NCBI GenBank assembly: GCA_964016885.1 | Contig: OZ024740.1 | Coordinates: forward strand, 152,334,001 to 152,398,000 | Source of the DNA: Eledone cirrhosa | Taxonomy: Eukaryota | Reading direction: 5' to 3' | DNA: 64,000 bases | Part shown: positions 31,198-45,811 of the stretch, piece by piece | Position numbering within the stretch: the stretch's first letter is position 1 | Layout of the letters: the number at the start of each line of letters is the position of its first letter | Translations under genes and position numbers: made by a program | Notes under the pieces: generated by a model | Told to the model about the DNA's origin: nothing | Database searches by the model: none | Seen by the model: the letters and a program-made list of their open reading frames with translations, nothing else

Positions 31198-32504
31198 GAC
31201 GTAAAATAAAAAAATATTTTTTTAAAAAAATTAAAAAAAAATTTTTTTCTTACTTAAATTTTCACTCCAACTAATTAGTTTCTGCAATGGGATAAAGACA
31301 GTTACGTAATCCAACTGTCGAGAATTCATTGCGTCATCAGGAAGTCTATTCTCAGTTAAGTCTCCAGGCAATGCGCGGACACTGGCGGCTCATATAAAAA
31401 TAATAATAATTCGGTAGATCGAACAGCTTGCGAGGACTGGATTCTATGTACCGAAATTCTCACTGCTTCAAGTCAAATGGCCGATTCTAAAGAATCAATC
31501 ACGTGACACAGAGGCTAGTTAGAAGGAATGGGATGGTAAGATGACTGACGCCTACTAACACCCCAAAAAAAATTTTTTTAGAAGTGGTTTTGACAAGTTT
31601 GCTCGACAAATCAGTGATTTGGAGATAAATATAGATAATTTAATATATCAACTAACATAAGCGCACAGATGCACGCCCATGCCAGCAAATACACAGGTTA
31701 TGTCATAGTACCTAGGTGGTTCAATGCAGGAGAATGCAGAACAATAATATAAAGGACGTAAAATAAAAAAATATTTTTTTTAAAAAATTTAAAAAAAATT
31801 TTTTTCTTACTTAAATTTTCACTCCAACTAATTAGTTTCTGCAATGGGATAAAGACAGTTACGTAATCCAACTGTCGAGAATTCATTGCGTCATCAGGAA
31901 GTCTATTCTCAGTTAAGTCTCCAGGCAATGCGCGGACACTGGCGGCTCATATAAAAATAATAATAATTCGGTAGATCGAACAGCTTGCGAGGACTGGATT
32001 CTATGTACCGAAATTCTCACTGCTTCAAGTCAAATGGCCGATTCTAAAGAATCAATCACGTGACACAGAGGCTAGTTAGAAGGAATGGGATGGTAAGATG
32101 ACTGACGCCTACTAACACCCCAAAAAAAATTTTTTTAGAAGTGGTTTTGACAAGTTTGCTCGACAAATCAGTGATTTGGAGATAAATATAGATAATTTAA
32201 TATATCAACTAACATAAGCGCACAGATGCACGCCCATGCCAGCAAATACACAGGTTATGTCATAGTACCTAGGTGGTTCAATGCAGGAGAATGCAGAACA
32301 ATAATATAAAGGACGTAAAATAAAAAAATATTTTTTTAAAAAATTTAAAAAAAATTTTTTTCTTACTTAAATTTTCACTCCAACTAATTAGTTTCTGCAA
32401 TGGGATAAAGACAGTTACGTAATCCAACTGTCGAGAATTCATTGCGTCATCAGGAAGTCTATTCTCAGTTAAGTCTCCAGGCAATGCGCGGACACTGGCG
32501 GCTC

Positions 32505-32508
<4 letters not shown>
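31190..32508 (-). mobile_element. ~557-bp HHR-containing tandem array (~2.4 near-identical units) in (TA)n
   Basis: Period 556-557 bp; one HHR per unit. Confidence 0.9.
31264..31345 (-). ncRNA. Type I hammerhead ribozyme with long stem II (also 31821-31902 and 32377-32458)
   Basis: ACUUC-CUGAUGA-C-GCAAUG[insert]CAUUGC-A-GAA-ACUAAUUAGU-U-GGAGU. A relative at 58236-58305 covaries in stem II (GUAAGG/CCUUAC). Confidence 0.75.
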
Positions 32509-32535
<27 letters not shown>

Positions 32536-32547
32536 CATACATACATA

Positions 32548-33243
32548 CATGGTTGCTGCCAACTCGTTTTCGAGTACGGCCACTACTTTATATCCATGTA
32601 GGAGAACCCCTACCGATGCGGTGAACGAGTGTGACTTTTTAGTCCAGCTAGCGACTTGAAAACTCTGGTACAAACACTACACTTGTGACAATTATTGACA
32701 CATAGTGCTGGGCCCATGGTACCATGTAACGACAAGTGCAGAGAGTTCTCCAGATATAAAGTAATGCCTGTGCCGTGAAGCTTTTATAGTGAGCAAAGGC
32801 ACTGCACAAAACCAGTCCCACTCTCTTAACCAAGATGATATTTACCAAAAAGAAGAACATGTCAACATCATTGGATACCATCAGGGTTGCAGGTGTTATA
32901 TCAGAGTTTTCCTTCTCCTATGGCCATTGACTCTTAAGAGCTCCTTTGCCTTTTAACAGGTTTTGCTTTTAGTCCTGCAGGATGTCCAAAGTCACCCTCC
33001 TCACCAAGAAACATTGGTGGGGTTGCCAGTTTAGTCGCCAACGACCCGACCATAAAACAGGTTGTACATACATACATACATACATACATACATGGTGGCT
33101 GCCAACTCGTTTTCGAGTACGGCCACTATTTTATTTCCATGTAGGAGAACCCCCTACCGATGCGCTGAACGAGTGTGACTTTTAGTCCAGCTAGCGACTT
33201 GAAAACTCTGGTACAAACACTACACTTGTGACAATTATTGACA
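32548..33243 (-). mobile_element. Non-autonomous RTE-derived element, two partial copies
   Basis: RTE 5'-UTR motif ggagaaggaaaactctga, 3' end ggccgtactcgaaaacgagttggcagc and (TATG)n tail. Fuller copy at 43030-43637; relatives at 50830-51130 and 6990-7035. Confidence 0.75.
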
Positions 33244-33629
33244 TACATACATACATTCATACATACATATATATATATATGTATGTATATATGTAAAAGG
33301 TAAACAGAAATAACAACACAATCGGTACAGTATATGGAACTGATATATTAGGTTAACACTTGATATAGCAGGAAGATGTCCTTCATCAGAAAAAAGAATG
33401 AGAAATAAGATAGACTGAGGGGACGGGCGGGTTGGAAATGGAAAAAAGTGTCTTTAGATAAAAATAGCAGGTCCATTCATGTTGACATCTCTTGCACTGT
33501 TGGTGCTGGCGTTTTGAGTATGATTTATTTTTTAGAAAAGTAGATGATGGCGCGCGTCTACCTGAAATGGAAAAAAAACGTTTTGTAAAAGGTGCTATAC
33601 TTGTGCACGTGCGTAGGCATGTGTGTGTG

Positions 33630-33678
<49 letters not shown>

Positions 33679-33682
33679 GCGC

Positions 33683-33768
<86 letters not shown>

Positions 33769-33959
33769 ATATACGTCCGTACGAAGCTAAGAAGACATGT
33801 GTGTGTATGTGAGTAAAAGAGTGTGTGTGCATGAAAGTACGAAGCTATGAGCAAAAGTATGTTAATATAAGGGTGTGTATGTGTGTATCCCGAGCAGTGA
33901 AGGGAAAAGTGGAGTGAGCATATACAGTCGGCCTGTACTGGTTGTAGGAGATGTTAATG

Positions 33960-35185
33960 ATCAAGAGAAAGCGATAGGAATCTAGGGGTGTGATAATGGA
34001 CGGGGTATTAGAGAAATTGGGGAGGTGAGTTGAGTCCAAGAGGGGAATAGGACCCAAGGCGGTGAATCAGACTTTGTTAAGTCTCGGTGCGCGAGGCCTG
34101 TGATCCATGATGCAAAAGGATACCCAGGACTGAAACATGTAGGGAAGAATGACCAGGAGAACAGAAATGATGGGCGACAGGACTATCCAAACCGAGTCGT
34201 GTGTCCCTCAAATGCACAGCAAAACGGTCCGCCATACGGCGTCCCGTTAGTCCCGTTCCCGCAAAGGGAACACCAGAGGTCATAGACAACGTGGGTGGAT
34301 GTGCAGGTGAAAGTGTGGCTGGTACAGAAAGATCCGTTAGGGCCTGTAAGAGTGGTGAGGGTGGAAATTAAGGGAAAAGTGTTGCAGCGGGAACGGGAAC
34401 AAGGATGAGAGCCGGGTGGAGTCGTGGGAGAGGACGAGAAGGAACTGCGAACCAGGAGGTGGCGGAGGTTGCGGGCCTGCTTAAAAGCAGTAATGGGTGG
34501 GTTTGGAAAAAAACGAGAAGTGACGGGGTCAGAAGAGAGGATACGGAAGGAACGGAGGATATGTCGCCGGAGTGGTAGAGTGATGGGATGGTAGGTGATC
34601 GGGAAAGGAACGCGGGTATTGGGAGGGTGGGGGTGAGGTGAGAGGGCTGTGGTGCGGTCTGTTTCACGGGCGCGGGTGATAGCAGCTTGGATAAAGGTGG
34701 AGGGATATCCACGCTGTATGATGCAGGAAGTCATGCGAAGGGAATGGGTTTCGAAATCGTCTTCCTGGCTACAGAGCCGCCGAAGACGAAGGAATTGAGA
34801 ATAGGGTATGGAGTGTTTGGTGTGGGTTGGTTGGGAGGAGGTGTAGTCGAGGTAAGATTGGGAGTCTGTTGGTTTAATGTAGATGGAATTAGAGAGGGTG
34901 TGGTGAGAGTGATTAATATATAGAGAGATATCTGGAAAAGCGACAGAAGAATCGGAGACGGTGAAATTGAGAGCAGGGTGGAAAGATTGGACAAAAGAAA
35001 GAAAACAGTCGAGCTGTTCTCGTGATAGAGAGGTGGCGTCGATACAGTCGTCGATATAACGACCGCATAGCTCAGGAATCGGTCCAGCGTACTGGGAGAA
35101 GATCTGGGCTTCGACGTAGCCAACAAACTAGTTGGCATAGTTTGGATCCATTCTGGTTCCCATCGCTACCCCAGAGACCTGTTGA
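33960..35185 (-). pseudogene. Penelope-like element RT/GIY-YIG relic, 5'-truncated
   Basis: GVAMGTRMDPNYAN*FVGYVE...GRYIDDC; FPITYHP; PPITAFKQARNLRHLLVRS; PCSRSRCNT; FTCTSTHVVY. Confidence 0.9.
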
Positions 35186-35630
35186 TAGAATAAATGTAAT
35201 CTGAGATTTTCGAATATTAATAATAATATTCGATTCATTTACAATTATGCAAACAAGCCTCATTTTTAAAGCCATATCAGTAGAATGAGCCCCTCATTCT
35301 TTCTCTTGTGTTGGCATGTAAACAGAACTGCAAACACTAATGCTTCTGGGTATTACCCTTCATCAGTATAGTTGACTGTTCACCTGCCAACTATCAGAGC
35401 TAGTGAAAATATATGATATTTTCTAAAATATACAGTATTCAGCCATGTATTCACTGTATATTTTAGAAAATATCATATATTTTCACTAACTAATTCTACT
35501 GACATGGCTTTAAAAATGAGGCTTGTTTGCATAATTGCAAACGAATCGAATATTATTATTAATATTCTAAAAACTCAGATTACATTTATTGTATTCAGCC
35601 ATGTAGAGCGAAAAAAACATTTTTTTTTAA
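35186..35630. mobile_element. Sister of the 17648 element with decayed HHR (35326-35373, minus) and inverted arms
   Basis: CUGAUGA-AGGGU(AAU)ACCCA-GAAG (A15.1 mutated). Confidence 0.75.
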
Positions 35631-35632
35631 AC

Positions 35633-35663
<31 letters not shown>

Positions 35664-36289
35664 GAAAGAAGAATACTGCGTGGTTGCACATGGGTTACAT
35701 ATGATAAAAATAGTCCTTCGTCAGTGATTTGCCAACCATCATTGATATATCATCGCATTAAAAATCATATACCTCAGGTTGGTGCGAGCAATAACTAAAA
35801 AAAGCTATTGGGACAAGTAAATCGCGTAAAGCGAGTAAGACAAGTAAACAACATAGAAGGATGAAAGCAACGCAAAGATGGGAATAAACAAGCAACATGG
35901 TTATCCGGTCAGCATAAGCTGGGTGGATTTCATGAGCGATCAAGAAACAGACCGTCCGACGTGAGTGAGATGTGAGCAAGAAGAGAACCCACTACTAGCC
36001 AAACGGGAGGAAGTGAGAAGGGGAGAAACAGAGGGTGAGTGCGTGGAAGTGCGAGGAAGAGGTCAGTCGAGAGAAAGTGTAACTAACAGAGGGTGCGAAA
36101 GAAGGTGAGAGCAACAGAGAGAACGGGGAAGCAATAAGAGAGAAACAGACAAACGCAGCCGAGGTAAATATATATAAAAAACATGAGAAGAAAGAAGAAT
36201 ACTGCGTGGTTGCACATGGGTTACATATGATAAAAATAGTCCTTCGTCAGTGATTTGCCAGACCGTCCGACGTGAGTGACATGTGAGCA

Positions 36290-36359
<70 letters not shown>

Positions 36360-36362
<3 letters not shown>

Positions 36363-37780
36363 ACCCTCGATCTCAACTATGGTCTTACCGAACTCTTCCA
36401 TGAAAACAATGAAATCCTTATATTAGCAGACACGCTAACCATCATCAGCTCTGTTTTTATAAACATGTTTCTGTAAGGATCTTCCGAAACTACCTTTAAT
36501 GCTCACGCGGACTATTACAATACGACCCTCAGGTAGGCTGGATATGATGATAGAGGTACTTACTCAATTTGGAAACCCTTTAAATTCAGGACGAAATCTA
36601 CATGCAGATACCAACGCAAGTATACAAGTACGGACCTTGGGAACAACTGTTTAAAACGCATAACTGATGAAACCACTAATAATATTCAAGTAGCTTTTCT
36701 AATTTAGACTCTACGTAAAAGATCCCGCTCTAGGTGCTACCTATGGTATAATGTTCCACATAACAATCAAATTAGTACTAAGATCTCTTAGTATTAAGTC
36801 TTTTTTTTTAGTTTAATTGATAATAATTTTCCTCCCTCCCATAGATACCATAGGATCCCGAACATCCATCCATCCGACTTTCCTACTCAACTACAGCAAA
36901 CCTAGAATACTTTATAACAGGACTGAATGACAAATGTCTTCATGATTATAGTAAAAGTAGTCCACCTGCACCTGAACGAATAAATAACATGCATTAACAG
37001 AATTATCCAAATCTCTATTCAACCTACCAAACTAAGCTACGGAACACATATCCAAAATGCTAATTTGACAAACAAGCGAGTAAATATTTCTGAACCAACG
37101 TATATCTCTATTACCACCTCAAACTCGCGGTTGAAAACCGACCCAATCGACATACTCGGAGATACTGTAAATGTAGACAACCCAATAAGTGCCACTTAAT
37201 GTGAAAGTGTACGTTTGAAAATATTATATACTAGTGTGGTATTAAAACAAATTTCAGGACGTATAAATGCGTAGAAGCTACATCTAGCTTTTTAAAAAAG
37301 GACTATGTACATACCCACACGTTAAAAAAACCGTACCTGCGGAAATCAACAGCACTCGTGAAGAAAATCTGAGATTTGAAATATAATTGTCTCTACTTTA
37401 GGCACAAGGCCAGCAATTACCCAGTGCCTTACTGGTACTTTATTTTATCGACCCCGTAAGGATGAAAGGCAAAGTCAACCTCGGCGGGATTTGAACTCAG
37501 ATCGTAAAGGGACGTAACTATGCTGGAAAGCATGGCGTCCGACCCTCTACGCCATGCTTTTGAAATATGCTAAGATTTGAACATGCTGAGATTTGAAATA
37601 TAATAATCTAAGGTATGAGCTATCATGGTCGATTCTACGATACAACCGGCCATATCGAAGGGTAAGACAGAATAGTGAACTTTACTCTGCGGAACTATTG
37701 GAGATAATGACTGGGAAAGATCCGTTAAACTCGGCATGACAGGATTTTTAACTGCCCACATAGAACCATGAGAACCTTTT
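36360..37780 (+). pseudogene. Decayed PLE ORF similar to 62695-64000, split by a SINE
   Basis: LTLDLNYGL...HENNE, WYNVP and terminal CPHR remnants. SINE at 37388-37555 with TSD CTGAGATTTGAAATATAAT (37369-37387 and 37586-37604). Confidence 0.6.
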
Positions 37781-38964
37781 CAAAATACGATCTTTTCGTC
37801 TATTTTCACGGTAATTTCAGCATCCATACACATCCACATTATTTCTTCTTTATTACAGCCATATATATCTCTTTATTTTAATCTGTCAGCATTCTACTCC
37901 CTTCTATGCGTCCCATAAATTTTATCTATTATACTGCATTCTCTCTCTAATTTTAATAGATCTACTCCCCTTTTGATTGACAACGACCAGTCACTGACCA
38001 ACCATAAAATACACTTCTCTACTTGGTGCCACTCCCATTTCTTCTAATAATGCTCTAACACAATCTACTGGCTACTTTCAGGTTTGTTTACCCCCACTTC
38101 AACTTCTATGTAATATACGCCTGCATATGTATTTTATACATTTGTTTAAATATATTTATTTTGTATATTTGTTTAAATTCAAATGCAAATTGTCTGGTAT
38201 ATTTGATCATAGATATATCGGGGATATATCTGCGTACGTAATTTATTATATAAGCACGAGCTCATCCGCTGAATTTCAGGGTAATATCACAAACCTACAA
38301 ACACATTAGAGAAATTCACACCAAGGTACGCATAAAGGCACACAAACATTAGCATATACACACATAATTAGTATTTTACTCTAATACACATAATAATACA
38401 CCATATTAGCAAGAGTATTTCCCTCTGAAATAGGAAAGACAGATTAATTTATAGCTGCTTAACTACATTATTAGCTGGACTTATTTCTTTTGCATTAATT
38501 AATTAAGACACAGAGATTTTCCTCTTGCACCTAATGAGATCCCACGTTAAATAGCGTCGGCCATCTCTGGTTACAATTACCCGAAAGATAACGGCGCATG
38601 TATCTGCGCGTAAGTACAATATAACATACATGCAGGGATTGAAACCGGTTGTAACATATATCTTCAAAGCAATAACAATAATATATATATAGACACACAA
38701 ACACACAAGCATATATATACATATATTGACGAAATTTGTCCAAAAAGTAAGGGTACTGATGTTTTATTTAAATGTATATTAGACGTACATGAAATACTGT
38801 CTCTGTTATTGAAAATTTCGTATTGTCGCATGATCATGCGAGTGCGTAGGTGAAACTCCAGAGTATTATGGCTCACAACATACCCATAATAAATGAATAC
38901 AAAAACTCTATTTAGGTATTGAGTACTCATTTTCACACCCGTCAATAATACACGTATACATGTT

Positions 38965-39016
<52 letters not shown>

Positions 39017-39068
39017 TACATACACGCACACATATATATATATACACACACACATATACATATATATA

Positions 39069-39157
<89 letters not shown>

Positions 39158-39369
39158 TGTTATAGACAGACAGATAGATAGATATAAAGTGAGATTTAAA
39201 ATTACTGAGATTGCGTCCATTTTACTCACGATTAACATATTAAAATGTCAATACAGCTTCGATTTACTGCAATGTTTGAGTGTCATTGTTATTCTTGGGG
39301 ATAATCTCACACTTAAGATATTAATTTCTTCACAAAAGATGAACCTATCTATCAATCTATCGTTTTCTT

Positions 39370-39445
<76 letters not shown>

Positions 39446-39530
39446 CATATATATATACCCACACACACACACACATGCACACACACACACACACATCCAC
39501 ACATATGTATATATGTATATCCTAAAGTAT

Positions 39531-39570
<40 letters not shown>

Positions 39571-39712
39571 CGAGACAACGTAGCATATGTGCATAAACAC
39601 ACCTGCACAGTGTCGTATTTGTGACAGTATCGTATTAGCTCAATGTACAATAAAAGAGTCGTTATCGATAAAACAAATCAAAGAACGCCTATATATTCAA
39701 ACAATCTTTATT

Positions 39713-39759
39713 CGCTGACAATGTTTCATCCATACAGTGGGACAGGAATCATCAGAGCG
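39713..39759 (-). ncRNA. Type I hammerhead ribozyme
   Basis: CGCU-CUGAUGA-U-UCC...GGA-U-GAA-ACAUUGU-C-AGCG. Confidence 0.75.
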
Positions 39760-41479
39760 TTATAAACAAAAATATAGTGTTGAATATAAGCTCTACCAAG
39801 CTTAGTCACCAGAACAGTAGAGATACAGTATAGGATAATAAGTGGGAGATTGGAGATGAGAAGGATGGAGAGAATGCGTAATGGGGTTGTTAGTCAACAT
39901 TATAGCAAAATATGAGAATACAAGCAGATTTTCTCACAAGAAACTGAGGCATGTGAAGGTACACAAAGGCAATTAAAAGCAATTAAAGATAATTAAAAAA
40001 GAGAGAAAAAGAAATTGAGGCATGTGAAGGCACACAAAAGCAACAAACGAAGGTATGCATTGGTCACTATAGAAGACAAGTGAGTTAGTTTTCCATGACT
40101 TAGAGTCATAGAGTATCAAACGAGAAACAGAGGCAAGTGAATGTACACAGAAGTAATTAAATGATACATGCACTCTGCACCATAGGAGGTAGGTAAGGTA
40201 AATTAATTTCATATGACTTAGAGTCATAGGTCTTATCTGCCCTAACTATGGGTTCATATGGTAAATCACAGGGCCTACGAACATCCCAATAGTCAATATT
40301 AGAAGGTTTATCAGATAAGTTTCATTTCACCACGAATAAGACGTGTCCCGAGTCACCGTAAGGGGAAGGATCCCAGCCCAGCAAGATCACGTCCTCCCTC
40401 TCGGTGGGCAAGTTCGATATGTCATGGTAGTATAGCTAGTGTTTTAAATGGCAAGTTCAAACTCGATTACTCAACAGCAACCATATAACATTCACTAGAA
40501 GTGCACTCAAGAATATAAAAGAGTCTATTAATGATCCCTGATATATCAATCATTCAAATCAGGCCATCATACATCTGATGCCCCTCTACGGGGAGAGAGG
40601 ATAACGCCGTTATTGGGTATCTTACATAGGAGCCCTTCGTATCAACATGAACCAGAGAACTAATTCATACAGAATTCCCTGCGATGCAGGACTCAGCATC
40701 ACACTGGGGTGTCACATAGAAAATACCATGAAACCCTTAAGGTATCTTAAGATAGTCCGAAAGGGATTTTATTCTCCCCCATAGTATGCACAATCAGGGT
40801 ATACCAGTATGTTATGGAATTACGTGGATAAAAGATGTTAAGCTTGAATAGGGATAGTTACAACAGCGACCGAAGCCTAAATACAGACAAAGCGGGGTCA
40901 ATGCATAAACACGCTGAAGCAATCAATACATAACAAACATGGTTTCGTCACTGTTTAAGGCTTATTTGGCGAGAAGTCATAACATATGTAGATCATCCGT
41001 AGATGGTAATCCAACCGTATTCATATGTCCACCAATACATACCAGCACATATGTGTTATAAGCCAATGTTACACATACAAATCCCCATATGTTTAAAACT
41101 CCAGACTGAGATTTGTTACATGTCTATGTTACAATTCCAAATCCCCATATGATTATATGCATCCCACTCCGTATTCCAACTGTAACCGCGTCCAAATATA
41201 TGCGGCAGTAATTGCTTGTTGACCCTTCGCATAAAGCACCTGGTTTAACAAGTAACATAAAACACAAAAAATAACATGAAAGTGCTCAGATCAAATCAGC
41301 GAATAAAGATTGTTTGAGTATATAGGAGTTCTTTGATTTCTTTTATCTGTATATATACATATACATATACATATACATATAAATATGTCTGTGTGTCTAT
41401 ATGTGCGTGTGTATATGTGTGTATATATATATATGTGTGTGTGTGTGTATGTGTAAGTATGTAACTCCATATGGCTTCA

Positions 41480-41668
41480 AGGTGTTGGATTGATAGTATC
41501 AATAGAGCGTTAGACACCATGCTTTGTAGCATGCAGTTATGGCCCTTTACGTCTGAGTTCATATCCCGCCGAGGTTAACTTTCACTTTCATCCTTACGGG
41601 ATCGATAAAATAAAGCACCACTAAAACATTGGGGTCATTGCTGCCTTGTGCCAAAAGTAGAAACAATT
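41480..41668 (+). mobile_element. SINE, young family, sense orientation
   Basis: B-box-like gagttcatatccc followed by the family core. Confidence 0.85.
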
Positions 41669-42822
41669 GTTTTATAAATGTTCACCAATAGAGAGCCGGT
41701 TTCTATCACGGATAATAGATTCTTTCAGTGGAATTTAGACGAGGTAAATATGTATGTATGCTTGTATATGTGTGCCTGTGTGTGTGTGTGTGTGTGTGTG
41801 TATGCGCGCGTGCGTGTGAGGGCAGATATGGATGTTATTGTATGTGTGGATCTGCATATTTTGTGTTCTGTGTGTACACGCGCATATGTTTCTGTGTCTA
41901 TACATGTGTTTATGCAGTTATTACTTGCAGAATTTCTGCAATATTTTACATATTTTTACAGACTGTACTTGCCGCTTCCTAACTAGCCGTACCCTTTCTG
42001 GTTCTGTGAAGCCCAGTTTCTCAAAATGTGTACTGCGTTAGTTAATAACGTATCCAAGATCCCAAATGATCACAGGTATAAATCTAAGTGTATAGTCAGA
42101 GTGGAGTGTCTGCAGATCCCTCATTATTGTAGCTTAAATGTTCTTCTATTGTAGCTTAAATGTTCCACTTTTCACTGATCTTTAGCATTATACTGGCATC
42201 TGATGGGCAGCTGACTTCCACTACTCCGCATGTCTTCTTATCTTTGGCTCATATCACTGTCTGGTTTGTTGTGTTTGGATTTTTGAGGGGTTTGACTGGA
42301 ACATCCACCAATACTCTTTCATATTATCTGTATCTACCATGCACATTACTATAACATTTTATATGTTTATTGTATAGTGTTTTGGCCACTACATCAAGCC
42401 TCATACGTAAATAGTACCGTGATGACATCTTTAGACAGCTGCTTATGATATGAGTAACATCGTCGATGTTAATTCCGCAGAGTCTGTAACTGTTGTCACA
42501 TATAAGTATTTCATCCCTATCTACATCTCGATCTCTTTTGTGAATCAGATATTTTGTACTTATTTCCTGTTCTTGTATTTCAAAAGCATATCCTTCAAAG
42601 GGAGAACCAATATAGTGGTTGTTGGTCGAAGATAGACTACTTAGCTTATCTATATTACTCTCACTTTAAAGCTTCCTGGCAACATAGCTTCTCATGGAGT
42701 AATTACGATATTGCTGTGCAATTTCCCTGTCTGTAAATGTGTATGTGTGTGCGTGTGTGTATGCATTGAAAAATGGAAATAAAACAAGAGTCGAAGATAC
42801 ACTCTTCATTAGTTCATTGTTT

Positions 42823-42925
42823 TACGATCGTTTCAGGGTAGATCGATATATTGACTAGCAGAGAGTGGTTATGTCGTTACCTATTGATATTATTAGTCTC
42901 GAAATCCCTGTTTCATCAGACCGTA
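42823..42925 (-). ncRNA. Decayed HHR with long stem II insertion
   Basis: UACGGU-CUGAUGA...AGGG[~65 nt]CCCU-GAAACG-AUCGUA; the UH of the cleavage triplet is missing. Confidence 0.45.
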
Positions 42926-43029
42926 TTCCTCAAAAACAATCAACCAGCCAGTCAACATATATGTACATACATATCTATCTATCTCTATATATATATATAT
43001 GTGTGTGTGTGTATATATATATATATAAT

Positions 43030-43637
43030 GGTGGCTGCCAACTCGTTTTCGAGTACGGCCACTACTTTATATCCATGTAGGAGAACCCCTACCGATGCGC
43101 TGAACGAGTGTGACTTTTTAGTCCAGCCAGCGACTTGAAAACTCTGGTACAAACACTACACTTGTGACAATTATTGACACATAGTGCTGGGTCCATGGTA
43201 CCATGTGACGACAAGTGCAGAGAAATCTCCAGATATAAAGCAATGCCTGTGCCGTGAAGCTTTTATAGTGAGCAAAGGCACTGCACAAAGCCAGTCCCAC
43301 TCTCTTAACCAAGATGTTATTTACCAAAAAGAAGAGCAAGTCAACATCATTGGATACCATCATGGTTGCAGGTGTTATATCAGAGTTTTCCTTCTCCTAT
43401 AATTCTGCCTTGACAAAGGCTAAGGGGTCATCTCTTCCGGTGATTTTGGATGGCCATTGACTCTTAAGAGCTCCTTTGCCCTTAGACAGGTCTTGTTTTT
43501 AGTCCTGCAGGATGTCCAAAGTCCCCATCCTCACCAAGAAACCTTGGAGGGGTTGCGAGTTTAGTCGCCAACGATGCGACCATGAGACAGATTGTACTGG
43601 GATACATGTTACCAGTAGCACCAACTGGTGACCTGAC
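43030..43637 (-). mobile_element. Non-autonomous RTE-derived element with 5' HDV-like ribozyme relic
   Basis: Same family as 32548-33243; 5' fold at 43553-43637. Confidence 0.75.
43553..43637 (-). ncRNA. HDV-like ribozyme relic
   Basis: P1 GUCAGGU/AUCUGUC (1 mismatch), P3 UGUA/UACA, L3 UCCCAG, P1.1 GG, P4 UCGC/GCGA, J4/2 CUAA. P2 is poor. Confidence 0.55.
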
Positions 43638-43682
43638 ATAAAGATATAGATATACATATATATATAAATACATACATATATG

Positions 43683-43748
<66 letters not shown>

Positions 43749-43887
43749 TATGTATAGTATATTTGGCAATATACCGTATATATATATACATATATATATG
43801 TAAAAGGTAAACAGAAATAACAACACAATCGGTACAGTATATAGAAAGAATATATTAGGTTAACACTTGAAGTAGCAGGAAGAGGGT

Positions 43888-43923
43888 CTTAACGTTTCGG
43901 ATGTTAGTCCTTCATCAGAAGAA
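43888..43923 (-). ncRNA. Minimal HHR in a PLE 3' repeat
   Basis: UCUU-CUGAUGA-A-GGA(CUAACA)UCC-GAA-ACGU-U-AAGA. The same repeat, with part of the core deleted, lies at 33290-33490, downstream of the 33960-35185 PLE. Confidence 0.7.
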
Positions 43924-44419
43924 AGAATGAGAAATTAGATAGATTGAAGTGACGTGTGGGGTGGAATTGTAAAAAAATAACAGGTCTATTCATGTTGCCA
44001 TCTCTTGGAAGAGTGTATGTGTGTGTGGGGGGGGGGTATACGAAGAGAGAGGGTGAGAGACATAGATAGAGGAGAGAAGAAAGGAAGAAACAGAAAGAGA
44101 TAGAGAAAGGAAGGCACAAGTAAAAGATGAATATATATATTATTTTTATTATTATTTAAGTGATTTTTCTACGACATTACGTAAGGTAGAGCATTAACCA
44201 TTCTGTCACGCACAGCGTCTATATAGTGAGTACTAATGGTTGAAAACGTGTTATATTCTGTTATTTTCTGTTATCCCTCAGTCTCATGATAACGCAGTCT
44301 TAGAATGAAGCAAAGTTAATCTTATTTGCACTATTAGTCATGGTGAGTTTTATTTTGTTTTTCAGCTAAGTATATGTTTTATGTGACCTTTTATTTTATT
44401 TTATTTCGTTAAATGTTTA

Positions 44420-45776
<1,357 letters not shown>

Positions 45777-45811
45777 AGAGTATTGAAGTTTGCTTGAAGC
45801 ATTGTGGAATA

